Shown here in pieces: positions 30,335 to 40,647 of a DNA stretch of 64,000 bases (position 1 is the stretch's first letter; each line of letters begins with the position of its first letter). Source of the stretch: Candidatus Bathyarchaeota archaeon. GTDB lineage: Archaea; Thermoproteota; Bathyarchaeia; Bathyarchaeales; Bathycorpusculaceae. Made by a program: the position numbers and the translations under genes. The notes beneath the pieces are model-generated. The model ran no database searches. It worked only from the letters and a program-made list of their open reading frames with translations, and was not told where the DNA came from. The stretch spans positions 4,310 through 68,309 of the forward strand of contig CAVOWB010000007.1 of the NCBI GenBank assembly GCA_963699995.1. Direction: 5' to 3'.

Positions 30335-31396
30335 CTAGGACGCCTTAATGATATTGTACCCCGATGCTTTTCGCAGACGGTTCATTACGGCTAAGCCTAG
30401 TCCGTCCGTGGGCACACTTTCAGCGATGATTAAGTCCACGTGTTCGTCGTCGAATTCTCGCAGAAGCCTAAACAAGTTAGATGCCATGGCGTCCACGTTG
30501 CGGCGGCTACCCAGTGACTTCACCACGTCTGCTTCGTAAGCCCAGGCAGTCTCATCCGTCGCGAGCACGCCAACTCGTTTGTCCTGCATCCAACATACTG
30601 TCGTCAACTCCTTAGTCTTCGCCATAACCGCGGGAACGACGCCCTCCACAACGACCACTTGCGCCTTGGGAGCGTAATGCTTATGCCGCATGCCAGGCGA
30701 CCGCGCCTTCTCCGCAGGCAACTCAGCCTCCGCCGTTATGAAAGGGTGCAACTTGACCTCGCCGACGGCTTTGCGCAGGTTTTCAAGCGAATTTCCCCCA
30801 GGACGGAGGAGCACAGGCGGATCCACGCTCATGTCGAGCACAGTGGATTCCACTCCGATGCGGGTGGGTCCACCGTCCAAGATGGCGTCTATGCGTCCGC
30901 TTAGGTCATCGAGCACATGTTTCGCTGAGGTTGGGCTGGGTTTGCCCGCCAAATTTGCGCTAGGCGCCGCAATAGGAAATTGGCTTTCTCTGATGAGAGC
31001 GAGGGCGACTTTATGTTTGGGCATGCGAACTGCAACCGTTTCGAGCCCCGCGGTGGTCACGTCGGGCACAGTTGGGTAACGCTTAAACACCAGCGTCAGG
31101 GGTCCCGGCCAAAAACAAGTCATAAGCGTTTCTGCCTTGCGCGGCACCTCATTGGCAAGCTTGTATACATCACGAGCGTCGGCGACATGCACAATGGGCG
31201 GGTTATCCAACGGGCGCTTCTTGGAGGCAAACAAAGCCAAAACAGCCTTGGCATCCAAAGCATTTGCGCCTAGGCCGTAAACCGTCTCTGTGGGAAAAGC
31301 CACTAAGCCGCCTGCCTTGATTATGGCTGCCGCTGCCAGAATTTTCTCTTTCTCAGGGTTCTCTGAGTCTACTCTGTAGATGATGGTTTTTTTCAT
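30335..31396 (-). CDS. sua5: L-threonylcarbamoyladenylate synthase Sua5 (TsaC domain plus Sua5 domain)
   Basis: FPTETVYGLGANA, KKRPLDNP, SANLAGKPSPT and a C-terminal Sua5 domain. 353 aa. Confidence 0.9.
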   Translation of the reverse strand: MKKTIIYRVDSENPEKEKILAAAAIIKAGGLVAFPTETVYGLGANALDAKAVLALFASKKRPLDNPPIVHVADARDVYKLANEVPRKAETLMTCFWPGPLTLVFKRYPTVPDVTTAGLETVAVRMPKHKVALALIRESQFPIAAPSANLAGKPSPTSAKHVLDDLSGRIDAILDGGPTRIGVESTVLDMSVDPPVLLRPGGNSLENLRKAVGEVKLHPFITAEAELPAEKARSPGMRHKHYAPKAQVVVVEGVVPAVMAKTKELTTVCWMQDKRVGVLATDETAWAYEADVVKSLGSRRNVDAMASNLFRLLREFDDEHVDLIIAESVPTDGLGLAVMNRLRKASGYNIIKAS

Positions 31397-31446
31397 GCCG
31401 CGAAGCCTACGTCAAAAATGCGTCTAGGAGTTCTTAAAGTTGCAGT

Positions 31447-31900
31447 TTAGCTTTGGAGCTTCAGCACGACGGAGTTTTCTGCTTGGCAGTCGAGAATGTT
31501 CCGGTACTGCCTCAAATTGCTGAGAGTTTTATCCTCGAGCGGCACCAACTGAAACCCGTTTTTCTCGAAGAAACACACCGCCCAGCAAGCCTCCCGCCAG
31601 GTACCAGCCAATCTCTCGCTTTGCCCCAAACGAATTAGGTGGCGGATCAGTTTTCGCCGATGTCGTACGCTGGTAACTCGCCTGCATGTACGGATGCCTA
31701 ATCAGAGTGAAATCTTTCATGGGTTGAATTCCCATGACCGCAACCAACGAGCTGTTTTTAGATTAGCCCTAAAACTCGACGCCACAAGGGCCTCCTCGTG
31801 GAGCTTTTCCGCGGATATGTAGTGTTCTTTAAAGCAATCCGCTTGGATAAAGCCTGTACGCTTGTGCCGCGTCGTTAACATCATCAAGAACAACACTGAA
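31447..31900 (-). pseudogene. GNAT-family N-acetyltransferase remnant
   Basis: The pieces IIRVKPLDFSVVLDDVNDAAQAYRLY, VAVMGIQPMKDFTLIRHPY, RKLIRHLIRLGQSERLAG and FFEKNGFQLV lie in at least 3 frames on the minus strand. Confidence 0.45.
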
Positions 31901-31954
31901 ATCCAATGGTTTGACTCTGATAATTGTTCGCGTCCCCCGCTTTCCTCGTTTGGA

Positions 31955-32341
31955 TTAGGTTTGCTCGGCTTCCCTCTTCCTTTCTATCTTGAGGACTTTT
32001 TCCAACAGGCGCTTAAAGAAATTCTGCGCCTCTAGTTCGCTCAGCTTTTCTAGATAGACGGAGACCATGGCGATTTTCCCTTTTTTGGCAGCTACATACT
32101 CTGCAAACATGCGCGCTGAAATCATTTGCTTATTCCCTACTAACACGGAAGAGCTGACTGGTCCTGTAGGGTCTCTAACGTTGGGCACAGCTATGGCCAA
32201 GGTTCCGAGTTTGTCTTCATTTTCACTGAGCAAGACAAGGCAGCTGTTTTTTGCCTCAACGTACACGGCTAGGAATCGTGTGTCATGCTCGGTTAATTCT
32301 TCTTTGACTACGTTAGCGCGCTCCACTTTTCTGTTCTCCAT
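31955..32341 (-). CDS. Hypothetical protein, possibly PAC4 (PSMG4)-like proteasome assembly chaperone fold
   Basis: 128 aa. The core LGTLAIAVPNVRDPTGPVSSSVLVGNKQMISARMFAEYVAAKKGKIAMVSVYL matches my recollection of the PSMG4 core pattern (LAVA...S.LLG...A.RLA.K...VS.NL). Not verified. Confidence 0.35.
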   Translation of the reverse strand: MENRKVERANVVKEELTEHDTRFLAVYVEAKNSCLVLLSENEDKLGTLAIAVPNVRDPTGPVSSSVLVGNKQMISARMFAEYVAAKKGKIAMVSVYLEKLSELEAQNFFKRLLEKVLKIERKREAEQT

Positions 32342-32581
32342 TAAACAGATGGCTGTATTCCTTTGTGCAGTGACTGCTTAAAAAACTAAGCCCAAAACTG
32401 CATAGAATTTGCAGTGTGAGTACCATTACGCAAACCTTGTGCCATCTTTGGCAGGTAGCACAATGCTGGTCATTTTGTCACCTGCTCCTCTGCGATTCAT
32501 TCTGAAATGCATGGATTCTGTGCAGATGCTGTTTATAGGCTACCCGAGTCAATATCTAATCCATTTTCACGAGGCTGGAAA

Positions 32582-33259
32582 ATGCAAGTGACTGAGAGAA
32601 GACGCGCGACAACAGTTTTGCAGATACTAAAGCAAACCCTAGACTTGCCCAGTTGGATTAAGTTACGGCGCGAACCGTTTGAAACACTCGCCGTCACCGT
32701 TATTTCACAAAACACTTCGGACCGCAATACAGAGCGCGCCTTTGAAACACTCTCGAAGCGGTTCGAAATCACCCCCGAAGCCCTTGCGAATGCATCGCAG
32801 GACCAAATCGAGGCAGCGATTCGAGTTGCAGGGCTCTACAGGAGCAAAGCCAAAACCATAAGAAATGCTGCAATCACCATCATCGAAAGGTGGCACGGGT
32901 CTTTGCAGCCCATCTTGCAGCTGCCGCTCGAAGAGGCAAGAAAGGTTCTCATGCAGTTTCCAGGAGTGGGATCAAAAACCACAGATGTTGTCCTTCTTTT
33001 CAGCGCCAAGCAGCCGACTATTCCTGTGGATACACATGTGAATCGTGTGGCTAAGCGGCTCGGTTTTGTGCCTGAAAACGGCGATTACGAAGCCGTTCGC
33101 TGCAACTTACAGAAGCTTTTCGACCCTGCTGATTTCTTGGCGGTGCATTTGCTGTTTATTGCGCAGGGACGCAAAAGCTGCAGAGCACTACGCCCCCTTT
33201 GCAAGCATTGCCCTGTGCGAGCGTTTTGTCCTTCAAATGGGAAGTGGGATAAGGCATGA
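32582..33259 (+). CDS. nth: Endonuclease III (Nth), HhH-GPD DNA glycosylase with a 4Fe-4S cluster
   Basis: VISQNTSDRNT, FPGVGSKTTDVVLLF, VDTHVNRV and CRALRPLCKHCPVRAFC. The start was chosen at ATG 32582. Confidence 0.9.
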   Translation: MQVTERRRATTVLQILKQTLDLPSWIKLRREPFETLAVTVISQNTSDRNTERAFETLSKRFEITPEALANASQDQIEAAIRVAGLYRSKAKTIRNAAITIIERWHGSLQPILQLPLEEARKVLMQFPGVGSKTTDVVLLFSAKQPTIPVDTHVNRVAKRLGFVPENGDYEAVRCNLQKLFDPADFLAVHLLFIAQGRKSCRALRPLCKHCPVRAFCPSNGKWDKA

Positions 33260-35205
33260 CAATGCTTGCCCTACCAAGAGAAGTTGCACTATATTTTCCT
33301 TATGAAACCGTGCGGCCTTATCAGGACCAATTCATCAGCACGGTTTACTCGGCAGTTAAGGAGAGGCGTAGCGTCCTCATCGAAGGCAGCAACGGACTGG
33401 GAAAAACGATTTCTGCGCTTTCCGCTGTCTTGCCGATCGCGATGGAGAAGAAGCTAAAAGTACTCTACGTCGCACGCACCCATCGCCAACATGAGCGCGT
33501 CATCGAAGAGCTCAAAGCAGTCAGCAAGAAATGTAGTGTTGCTGGAGTTTCGCTTCGAGGACGCAACGAAATGTGTCTTTACCGCTTCGACCTAAAACAG
33601 CACTACGATGCCAAGTCGCTCATGGAAGTGTGCGAACTCCTCAAAGCAAAAGGTGCCTGCTCATACTACAAAAACGCGGACCAGCACGGCTACGAATACC
33701 TGCAGCTACAGCATATGATAGGCACCCGCAGTTACAAAGCCAGCGAAATCATGCGTATCTGCCGGAAAAAACACCTGTGCCCCTACGAACTGGTAAAATC
33801 TGCGCTTTCAGACGTGAACGTCATCGCATTGAGCTACCTTTACGTCTTCGACCCAGACATCCGCACTGCTTTCCTCAAAAACTTGGATACACAGATGCAG
33901 AGAATCATCCTAGTTGTAGATGAGGCCCATAACCTGCCAGAAACCGCCGTGAGCATCTCCAGCAACAGTCTGTCGCTTTTTGCAATAAAACAGGCAGAGC
34001 TGGAAGCTAAACGGTTCGGTTACGAAGACGTCGAAGCCTACGCCAGGTTACTATACGCGGAAACCGAGAAACACGCCCAAACCGTGCGCAAAGAGGAGCC
34101 GATCCAGCCGGAGTTTCTAGACGAAGTCAAAGACAAAGCAGGCATTCTCACCCCACGCAGTTACTATCAGCATCTGGGCGAAATAGGCAACCAGGTCAAG
34201 AAGACGTTAATCTCGGAGGGCAAACATCCGCGCAGTTATATAAACGGACTAAGCGAATTCCTCCTGCGCTGGTTGGAAACGACAGGCGACGAAGCATATA
34301 TCCGCACGATAAGCAAGTATTTCACACGAGAAAGTGCAGAAACGGCCAAACTGGAAATCGTAGCGCTGGATCCGTCGAAGGTCACCCAGCCAGTTTTCTC
34401 TGCAACGTACGCGAACGTTGTCATGTCTGGCACGTTGCAGCCATTGGACGCCTTCGCAAAAATCACCAAACTGCCTGAGAACACGGTACAGCATATTGCC
34501 CCCTCACCGTTCCCACGCGAGCACATTCTATCGGTGGTCAGCTGTGGAGTCACCACCGCCATGGAAAGTCGAACCCCCGCAATGTACCAGACCTACATAA
34601 GGCGAATCCAAGAAGTCGTCCAAAACACACCAGTCAACACCGGCATCTTTGCCGCCTCGTTTGAAGTGGCAAAATCGTTGCTGGCGGCAGGTTTGGAGAA
34701 AGCGGTTGAGAGGCCAATCTTCTGCGAATATCGAGGCATGACTAGCAGAACTAACGAGAAATTGGTGTCCGAATTCAAAGAATCCGCCCTGACTGGAGGC
34801 GCGGTTTTTCTGGGCGTGCAGGGAGGAAGAACTTCGGAAGGGGTCGATTTCCCAGGAAACCAAATGAACAGCGTCATCATCGTCGGCGTACCTTACGCGG
34901 AACCTACACCCCGCGTGAAAGCCCAAATTGACTATTACGAGAAGCGGTTTCCCAACTGTGGCCGCGAATATGGCTACCTACTACCAGCCATGAAAAAGGC
35001 GTCGCAGTGCGCTGGACGCCCCATCCGCACACTCGAAGACCGCGGCGCCATCATTTTCCTAGACCACCGTTTCGCTAGTGGCTACCTCAAAAACTTCCTG
35101 CCCTCCTGGTTGCTCCGAGACCTCAAAGTTCTCCGCGCCCAAGACGGTTTGCTAACAAAAGAGGTTCAGACGTTCTTTAGCAGGCAAGAATCAAATAGCC
35201 TCTAG
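33256..35205 (+). CDS. xpd: XPD/Rad3-family 5'-3' DNA helicase (FeS)
   Basis: Walker A GSNGLGKT, four FeS Cys (CLY...CELLKAKGACSYY...CPYE) and DEAHNL. The ATG overlaps the nth stop (ATGA). Confidence 0.9.
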   Translation: MTMLALPREVALYFPYETVRPYQDQFISTVYSAVKERRSVLIEGSNGLGKTISALSAVLPIAMEKKLKVLYVARTHRQHERVIEELKAVSKKCSVAGVSLRGRNEMCLYRFDLKQHYDAKSLMEVCELLKAKGACSYYKNADQHGYEYLQLQHMIGTRSYKASEIMRICRKKHLCPYELVKSALSDVNVIALSYLYVFDPDIRTAFLKNLDTQMQRIILVVDEAHNLPETAVSISSNSLSLFAIKQAELEAKRFGYEDVEAYARLLYAETEKHAQTVRKEEPIQPEFLDEVKDKAGILTPRSYYQHLGEIGNQVKKTLISEGKHPRSYINGLSEFLLRWLETTGDEAYIRTISKYFTRESAETAKLEIVALDPSKVTQPVFSATYANVVMSGTLQPLDAFAKITKLPENTVQHIAPSPFPREHILSVVSCGVTTAMESRTPAMYQTYIRRIQEVVQNTPVNTGIFAASFEVAKSLLAAGLEKAVERPIFCEYRGMTSRTNEKLVSEFKESALTGGAVFLGVQGGRTSEGVDFPGNQMNSVIIVGVPYAEPTPRVKAQIDYYEKRFPNCGREYGYLLPAMKKASQCAGRPIRTLEDRGAIIFLDHRFASGYLKNFLPSWLLRDLKVLRAQDGLLTKEVQTFFSRQESNSL

Positions 35206-36314
35206 TTTGAAATTTCTCGCAGGTCTCTATCGAGGCGGACCTTTCCAAAACGAACAGACGCAGGCTTTTCGGAAATTGCTGTTAGGATTTTTAGGGCTTT
35301 TCTGTTATAGTCGACATCGCGCAGAACTCCAATACCTAAGAAGTCTTTTTGATTGTCATAAAACGCGACAAGCAGGTTCTCTGCTTGGTGTTGCCAAATC
35401 AACGCACGGTTCTCTCTGCCCTCCACCACTACATGATTAAGCGGGAAGACCTTGATTCTGGCGCTCGCCAAGTACTTGGCGAATCCGAGTTCCCGCAGGG
35501 TCTTGCGGTGCTCCTTGTCTCTTTCCCTGATCTCCTTTGGGGAATCGGCGCGAATTTGTCGGAACCCTGCAAGCGCATCGCCTAAGGCAGCACACAAAGA
35601 AGTCGCTGAGCAAGACTCTTCGAGGCAGAAAACCATGTCAGGCTCAATCGCCGCCGCCAATCGCTGCTTGAATGAGAAAGCTTCGTTTCCAGCAAACCAT
35701 CCATCAGTGTTAACGACTAGGTAATCTACAGTCTTCTCTCCGCCAAGTATTTCCTTTTTCATGGACACGACTGCCTCAACCGTTTTTTCTGCGACAGCTG
35801 CAGGCGAAGTTGCACCCACAAAAACCCCGCCTTCGGGCTCTAGACTGAACAGGTCCGTCACTGGCTTAGTCAATATTGCGTAAGCTACTGTGGCAGGTGA
35901 TCCGATGTCGGATTGCCCCAAATCCTCATCCAGAACTGCAACCCTGCATTTCTCGCTGACCAGACGGTTGGCAAGGTAAGTGCAGAGGCTGGATTTTCCC
36001 GAGTCCACGTTGCCAATCACCATAACGACGACCGCTGGCTTCTTATCGATTTCCTTTATGGCGACGTAGGCTGCTTTCCAGGATTGTGGAATCGTGCTTC
36101 CTTGCACCTCACGCAAGTCCGCACCTGCGCCCAGTGCTATTTCGAAGACTGCTTCCTCCTGAACTTCGAATGGTAACCGCTTGCTCTCGCGAATCACAAT
36201 TCTCTGGGTTATCCCGAGTTGAAGACCGAAAACCTGCACTTTGCCCGAACGTAGTGTCACAGAGGCTGGGCCATCCACCAGGAGCGTTTTGTTTTCTTCA
36301 ACTTTCTTGTTCAA
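35202..36314 (-). CDS. clp1: Clp1/Grc3-family polynucleotide 5'-hydroxyl kinase
   Basis: P-loop IGNVDSGKSSLCTYLAN followed by VLDEDLGQSDIG, the Clp1 arrangement. Confidence 0.8.
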   Translation of the reverse strand: MNKKVEENKTLLVDGPASVTLRSGKVQVFGLQLGITQRIVIRESKRLPFEVQEEAVFEIALGAGADLREVQGSTIPQSWKAAYVAIKEIDKKPAVVVMVIGNVDSGKSSLCTYLANRLVSEKCRVAVLDEDLGQSDIGSPATVAYAILTKPVTDLFSLEPEGGVFVGATSPAAVAEKTVEAVVSMKKEILGGEKTVDYLVVNTDGWFAGNEAFSFKQRLAAAIEPDMVFCLEESCSATSLCAALGDALAGFRQIRADSPKEIRERDKEHRKTLRELGFAKYLASARIKVFPLNHVVVEGRENRALIWQHQAENLLVAFYDNQKDFLGIGVLRDVDYNRKALKILTAISEKPASVRFGKVRLDRDLREISN

Positions 36315-36948
36315 CGATTCCCCCCCTCGGGCATAAGAATCCTGCTCGACCCGCGATGCGGATAGCTGAAATTATATGCCTGAATCCGCGTCTGTTGTGT
36401 GACTCGCCGACGTGGCTGTCTGTGCCTGCCTCGCTGACGATTTCCAAAATAACCTGCGGCGGCAAAACCTCATCCAGCACCTCCAAAAGGTCCTTGTATA
36501 TGGGCACACCGCCCCCAACTTTGATTGTAACTGTACTTTTTGCGACGTCCACGGTTCTCATGACGCTTTTAATTCTGTCCACAGTCTCTTTAACGCTAAA
36601 GCAGTTATCCGAATCTACCACTATGCCGTCAGCGATGACTGCGACGCCGAAGACTTCTCCTGGGTCCACGCCGATGACGACAGTTTCATAGACTTCTTTG
36701 CCTTGCAGTGCTTTCACGACCTCACTCCCCAGAATTTCCGGATCCGTTTCTGGGTCGTAGACGAGGACTTTGCTTTGGCTAATCAGAGGCGCCTCCTGCT
36801 TTGTGGTGATTACAACTCTGATTTCTGAGCGGACGGGGTCGCCTGGAAAGAGACTTATGAATGGTATTCTGCGGTGTCTGAGCTCGCTAACTATAAGGAA
36901 GTAGCCTTTCCCCTGAAGGGTCGCAACTGCAACCTTCGCTCTCATCAT
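36298..36948 (-). CDS. Predicted RNase H-fold (RuvC/YqgF/DUF460-like) nuclease
   Basis: VVIGVDPGEVFGVAVIADG is a RuvC-like first acidic motif, with a later acidic EIVSEAGTD. The 3' end overlaps the clp1 start by 17 nt. Confidence 0.5.
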   Translation of the reverse strand: MMRAKVAVATLQGKGYFLIVSELRHRRIPFISLFPGDPVRSEIRVVITTKQEAPLISQSKVLVYDPETDPEILGSEVVKALQGKEVYETVVIGVDPGEVFGVAVIADGIVVDSDNCFSVKETVDRIKSVMRTVDVAKSTVTIKVGGGVPIYKDLLEVLDEVLPPQVILEIVSEAGTDSHVGESHNRRGFRHIISAIRIAGRAGFLCPRGGIVEQES

Positions 36949-37174
36949 CGTTCTAAGTGGGCAGACCTACGCTTAAAGGTTAAGCGTGCAGCGCGCACCA
37001 CTGACAATGGAGAAGCAGCGAAGTTGAACTCTCGTCTGAGGCTATGAACAGAGATGGAATAGGTCAAAGATAGCAAACAAACCAAGAAACGGAAACCGGC
37101 TTGACAGCAATTAGATTATAACGTTTATCTTTAACCAAAATCGAATCAGAAACAACCAGTGTGGTCTGCAGCAT

Positions 37175-39247
37175 TTGGAAAAGTACACACTTATCTTGAC
37201 GGAGAAGCCTGATGCCGCCAACCAAATAGCCACTGCTTTGGACACAGCAGGCAAGCCCAGGCGGCTGATGGAAAACAGCGTACCATGCTACGAGGTTCAC
37301 CGAGACAAAAAAATCGTTGTCGTCCCAGCTTTAGGGCACCTGTACACGGTGGCAGCCCAAACAAAAGCTGATCACACATACCCGGCTCTGAACTACAGGT
37401 GGGTTCCTCGTTGCCAAACTGAACGCGGTGCAAATCGAATTCGAGCGTGGCTCCATACCATAACCAGACTCGCCAAAGACGCAGATGCATTCGTCGACGC
37501 ATGCGACTTCGACATCGAAGGCAGCATAATCGGCTACTGCATCCTCAAATATGCATGCAACGGGAAAGAAGACGAAGCCAAACGAATGAGATACTCCACG
37601 TTAACAAAGGAGGAACTGGAAGAATCCTACGAGGCACTCCTGCCGAAGCTGGATTTTCGGCTCATCGAAGCGGGACTCGCGAGGCACGAAATTGATTGGT
37701 TATATGGCATAACCCTCTCGAGAGGCTTGACAACAGCGGCGAAGAAATCGAGCGGTTCTTATACGGCCTTGAGCACGGGGAGGGTGCAGGGACCAACGCT
37801 GAGGTTCCTCGCTGCCAGGGAACGCAGCATCGCCAGATTCGTCCCCGCGCCCTACTGGATTGTGAAGGCTAAACTCAGAATAGGCAGCCAAATCCTCGAC
37901 GCCAGACATGAAAAGGGGAACTTTGAAGCCAAGGCAGATGCCGATGCTGTCGTCTTAGCATGCAAAGGAAAAAATGGGCAAATAGAGCGCTTAGAGACCA
38001 TAGAGTTCCTGCAATCGCCGCCTCCGCCGTTTGAATTGGGTGCCTTGCAGACTGAGGCTTACCGTTTCTTTGGTTATTCGCCCATGCGGACATCTAGTAT
38101 CGCTCAGCGATTGTATCTTGATGCGTTGATTTCGTATCCACGGACTAGCAGCCAGAAACTCCCTCCCACAATTGGATACGAGAAAATCCTCCGGAACTTG
38201 GCGAATATGAGCGAATACACGATGCTGGCGGGAGAACTGCTCGCAAAACCTATTTTGAAGCCTATGGAAGGCAAGAAGCAGGATTCTGCCCACCCCGCAA
38301 TCTATCCCACGGGTAGATTGCCACAAAAACCCCTCATAGGCGCAGAGAGAGACATCTACAACCTTATCGTCCGGCGGTTTATGGCGGTTTTTGTTGAACC
38401 TGCTCTACAAGAAACGATTAAGATCGTGGTGAACGTTTCCGACGAAAAATTCTCCTTGAATTGCACGCGGGCATTGCGGGAAGGCTGGCTCCGTTTCTAC
38501 GAGCCGATCAGGCAGAAGCAGCATACCCCGTTGCCCTCATTGAGCCAGGGAGAGAACGTCAGATTACACAAAATAGTTGCTGAAGAAAAGTTCACCAAGC
38601 CTCCCGCTAGATACAACCCAAGCAGCGTGCTCCGGAAGATGGAGCAAGCCAACATTGGCACAAAGGCAACGCGTGCAGGCATTATCCAGACGCTCTACGA
38701 TCGCAAGTACATCCGAGAAAAACACATAGTCGTCACGGACCTAGGTTTGGAAGTTACAGATGTGCTGCGAAGGTTCTGTCCGGCTGTGGTTTCGGCTGAT
38801 TTCACGCGTCAGCTGGAGGAAAGAATGGCGCTGGTGCAACAGGGCAAGGAAACCAAGGCATCGATCCTGGCGGAAGCTATCGAAGTCCTAAAACCGATGG
38901 CTGCATGCCTCAAAGAAAATGAGACTGTCATCGGCAAGCAACTAGGTCGTGCCATAGCTAAAGCCAAGCTGGACGAGCGCGTTATCGGTAGCTGTCCCAC
39001 GTGTCAAACTGGGAAACTCATTGTTCAGTACTCCAAGAAGACTGGTAAACGGTTCGTCGGTTGCACGAATTTCTTCAACGGAATCTGCAAAACTGCCTTT
39101 CCTCTTCCGCAGAAAGGCAGTGTGAAGCCAACGGGCAAAATATGCAAGGACTGCGGCTGGGCAACGGTGCAGGTGTGTCGTAACAGACATCCGTGGAACC
39201 TATGCTTCAACCCCCAATGCCCATCGAAACGTGGGCTGTCGGCCTAA
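37175..39247 (+). CDS. topA: Type IA DNA topoisomerase with C-terminal zinc ribbons
   Basis: Toprim LILTEKPDAA, DIEGS, active-site YPRTSSQ, and C-terminal CPTCQTG...C..C, C.DCG modules. TTG start. Confidence 0.9.
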   Translation: MEKYTLILTEKPDAANQIATALDTAGKPRRLMENSVPCYEVHRDKKIVVVPALGHLYTVAAQTKADHTYPALNYRWVPRCQTERGANRIRAWLHTITRLAKDADAFVDACDFDIEGSIIGYCILKYACNGKEDEAKRMRYSTLTKEELEESYEALLPKLDFRLIEAGLARHEIDWLYGITLSRGLTTAAKKSSGSYTALSTGRVQGPTLRFLAARERSIARFVPAPYWIVKAKLRIGSQILDARHEKGNFEAKADADAVVLACKGKNGQIERLETIEFLQSPPPPFELGALQTEAYRFFGYSPMRTSSIAQRLYLDALISYPRTSSQKLPPTIGYEKILRNLANMSEYTMLAGELLAKPILKPMEGKKQDSAHPAIYPTGRLPQKPLIGAERDIYNLIVRRFMAVFVEPALQETIKIVVNVSDEKFSLNCTRALREGWLRFYEPIRQKQHTPLPSLSQGENVRLHKIVAEEKFTKPPARYNPSSVLRKMEQANIGTKATRAGIIQTLYDRKYIREKHIVVTDLGLEVTDVLRRFCPAVVSADFTRQLEERMALVQQGKETKASILAEAIEVLKPMAACLKENETVIGKQLGRAIAKAKLDERVIGSCPTCQTGKLIVQYSKKTGKRFVGCTNFFNGICKTAFPLPQKGSVKPTGKICKDCGWATVQVCRNRHPWNLCFNPQCPSKRGLSA

Positions 39248-39399
39248 TAGACCCTCATTTCAAAGGCGCTCGAGTCCCTCTTTGTACAATTAACAAGGGG
39301 TGTAGTCAACATGCGCGTGACAAGGACGTGTACTCCCAAATCTGTGAACAGACAAACAGATTATTAGCATGACCTCGTATTGTCAACCTGTGCATAAAT

Positions 39400-40092
39400 G
39401 TGACTATCCCAATCAGCACCGGAAGCAGCTGCATAGACTTGAGGCTAAAAGGCGGAATTCAGCCTGAAACCATGACCATGATCTACGGCGAACCCGAGAC
39501 AGGCAAGACCACCCTCACAATACAGTGTGCCGTGAGTTGCGCGCTGCAAGGGCTGAAAACACTGTTCGTCGACTGTGACCATACCTTCGCAACGGAACGT
39601 CTAAGTCAAGTTTCCCGCGCAGACTTCGACAAGGTTGCCGAACAGATAATTCTTATGAGACCCAACACCTTTGCTGAGCAAACGGTAATCATTGACAACC
39701 TCAGCGATTACGTCAGCAAAAACTTTGGCTTAGTGGTCATGGACACGTTTAACTCGCTTTATCGTGTTCAATTAGCCGAGACCGCAACGAAAGCCAGTTT
39801 CGCGCTTAATCGCGAACTCAACAGGCTAATGGCAAGTCTCGCACAAGCAGCAAAAACCCAACACATACCCATAGTTGTAACAAGCCAAGTAAAAAGCATA
39901 ATAAACGAAAACTTCGTCAGCGTTGCACCCGTTGCTACGAGAGTGCTCCAGTTCTGGGCAGACAACATCATCGCACTGAAGCCCACTGAGCTACACCAGA
40001 TTGTCCAGGCTGTTTTGGAGAAAGACCGCAATCCTCAAGAAGCCATTTGCTACTTGAGAATCACGCAAAATGGCATCCACGACGCCCAGTAG
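39400..40092 (+). CDS. radB: RadB (RecA/RadA paralogue)
   Basis: ISTGSSCIDLRLKGGI and Walker A GEPETGKTT. About 230 aa with no N-terminal HhH domain. GTG start. Confidence 0.8.
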   Translation: MTIPISTGSSCIDLRLKGGIQPETMTMIYGEPETGKTTLTIQCAVSCALQGLKTLFVDCDHTFATERLSQVSRADFDKVAEQIILMRPNTFAEQTVIIDNLSDYVSKNFGLVVMDTFNSLYRVQLAETATKASFALNRELNRLMASLAQAAKTQHIPIVVTSQVKSIINENFVSVAPVATRVLQFWADNIIALKPTELHQIVQAVLEKDRNPQEAICYLRITQNGIHDAQ

Positions 40093-40102
40093 TTGAAACA
40101 GT

Positions 40103-40600
40103 ATGGACATAGCAGCACTATTAATTGAAGCGCTAAAATTCCTCTTCCCAGCATATTGTGCAAACGCGGCTCCAGTCCTCGGCGGCGGAGGAAAACCCAT
40201 GGACTTCGGCAGGAATCTTTTTGATGGCAAGCGCATCTTTGGCTCAAACAAAACCTTCAAAGGGTTCTTCTTCGGCTTAGGCATCGGGGTTGGAGTCGGA
40301 GTTGTCGAATGTCTACTTTTCGGTTACCCCTGGCTGTTCGCTGTTCTGACACCGTTGGGAGCGTTGCTCGGTGATTTAACTGGAGCTTTCGCAAAAAGAC
40401 GACTAAGCATTGCGCCTGGTGGCTTGCTTCCTATTGTGGACCAGATTGACTTTGTTGTTGGTGCACTACTGTTTGCCTTGCCGTTGGGTATGATTGGCAG
40501 TTGGGAGTTGGCTGCGACGGTCCTGCTTATTACTCCGCCAATTCACTTTTTCACGAATTTCTTGGCCTACAAGGCAAAGCTGAAAACGAATCCCTGGTAA
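40103..40600 (+). CDS. carS: CDP-archaeol synthase
   Basis: FPAYCANAAPVL...GKRIFGSNKTFKGFFFG...GDLTGAFAKRR...DQIDFV is the CarS (DUF46) signature. Confidence 0.85.
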   Translation: MDIAALLIEALKFLFPAYCANAAPVLGGGGKPMDFGRNLFDGKRIFGSNKTFKGFFFGLGIGVGVGVVECLLFGYPWLFAVLTPLGALLGDLTGAFAKRRLSIAPGGLLPIVDQIDFVVGALLFALPLGMIGSWELAATVLLITPPIHFFTNFLAYKAKLKTNPW

Positions 40601-40647
40601 CTAAAGAGTCAAGGATGAAAAACATGAGAGAAAGGTTTGGCTGGCTT

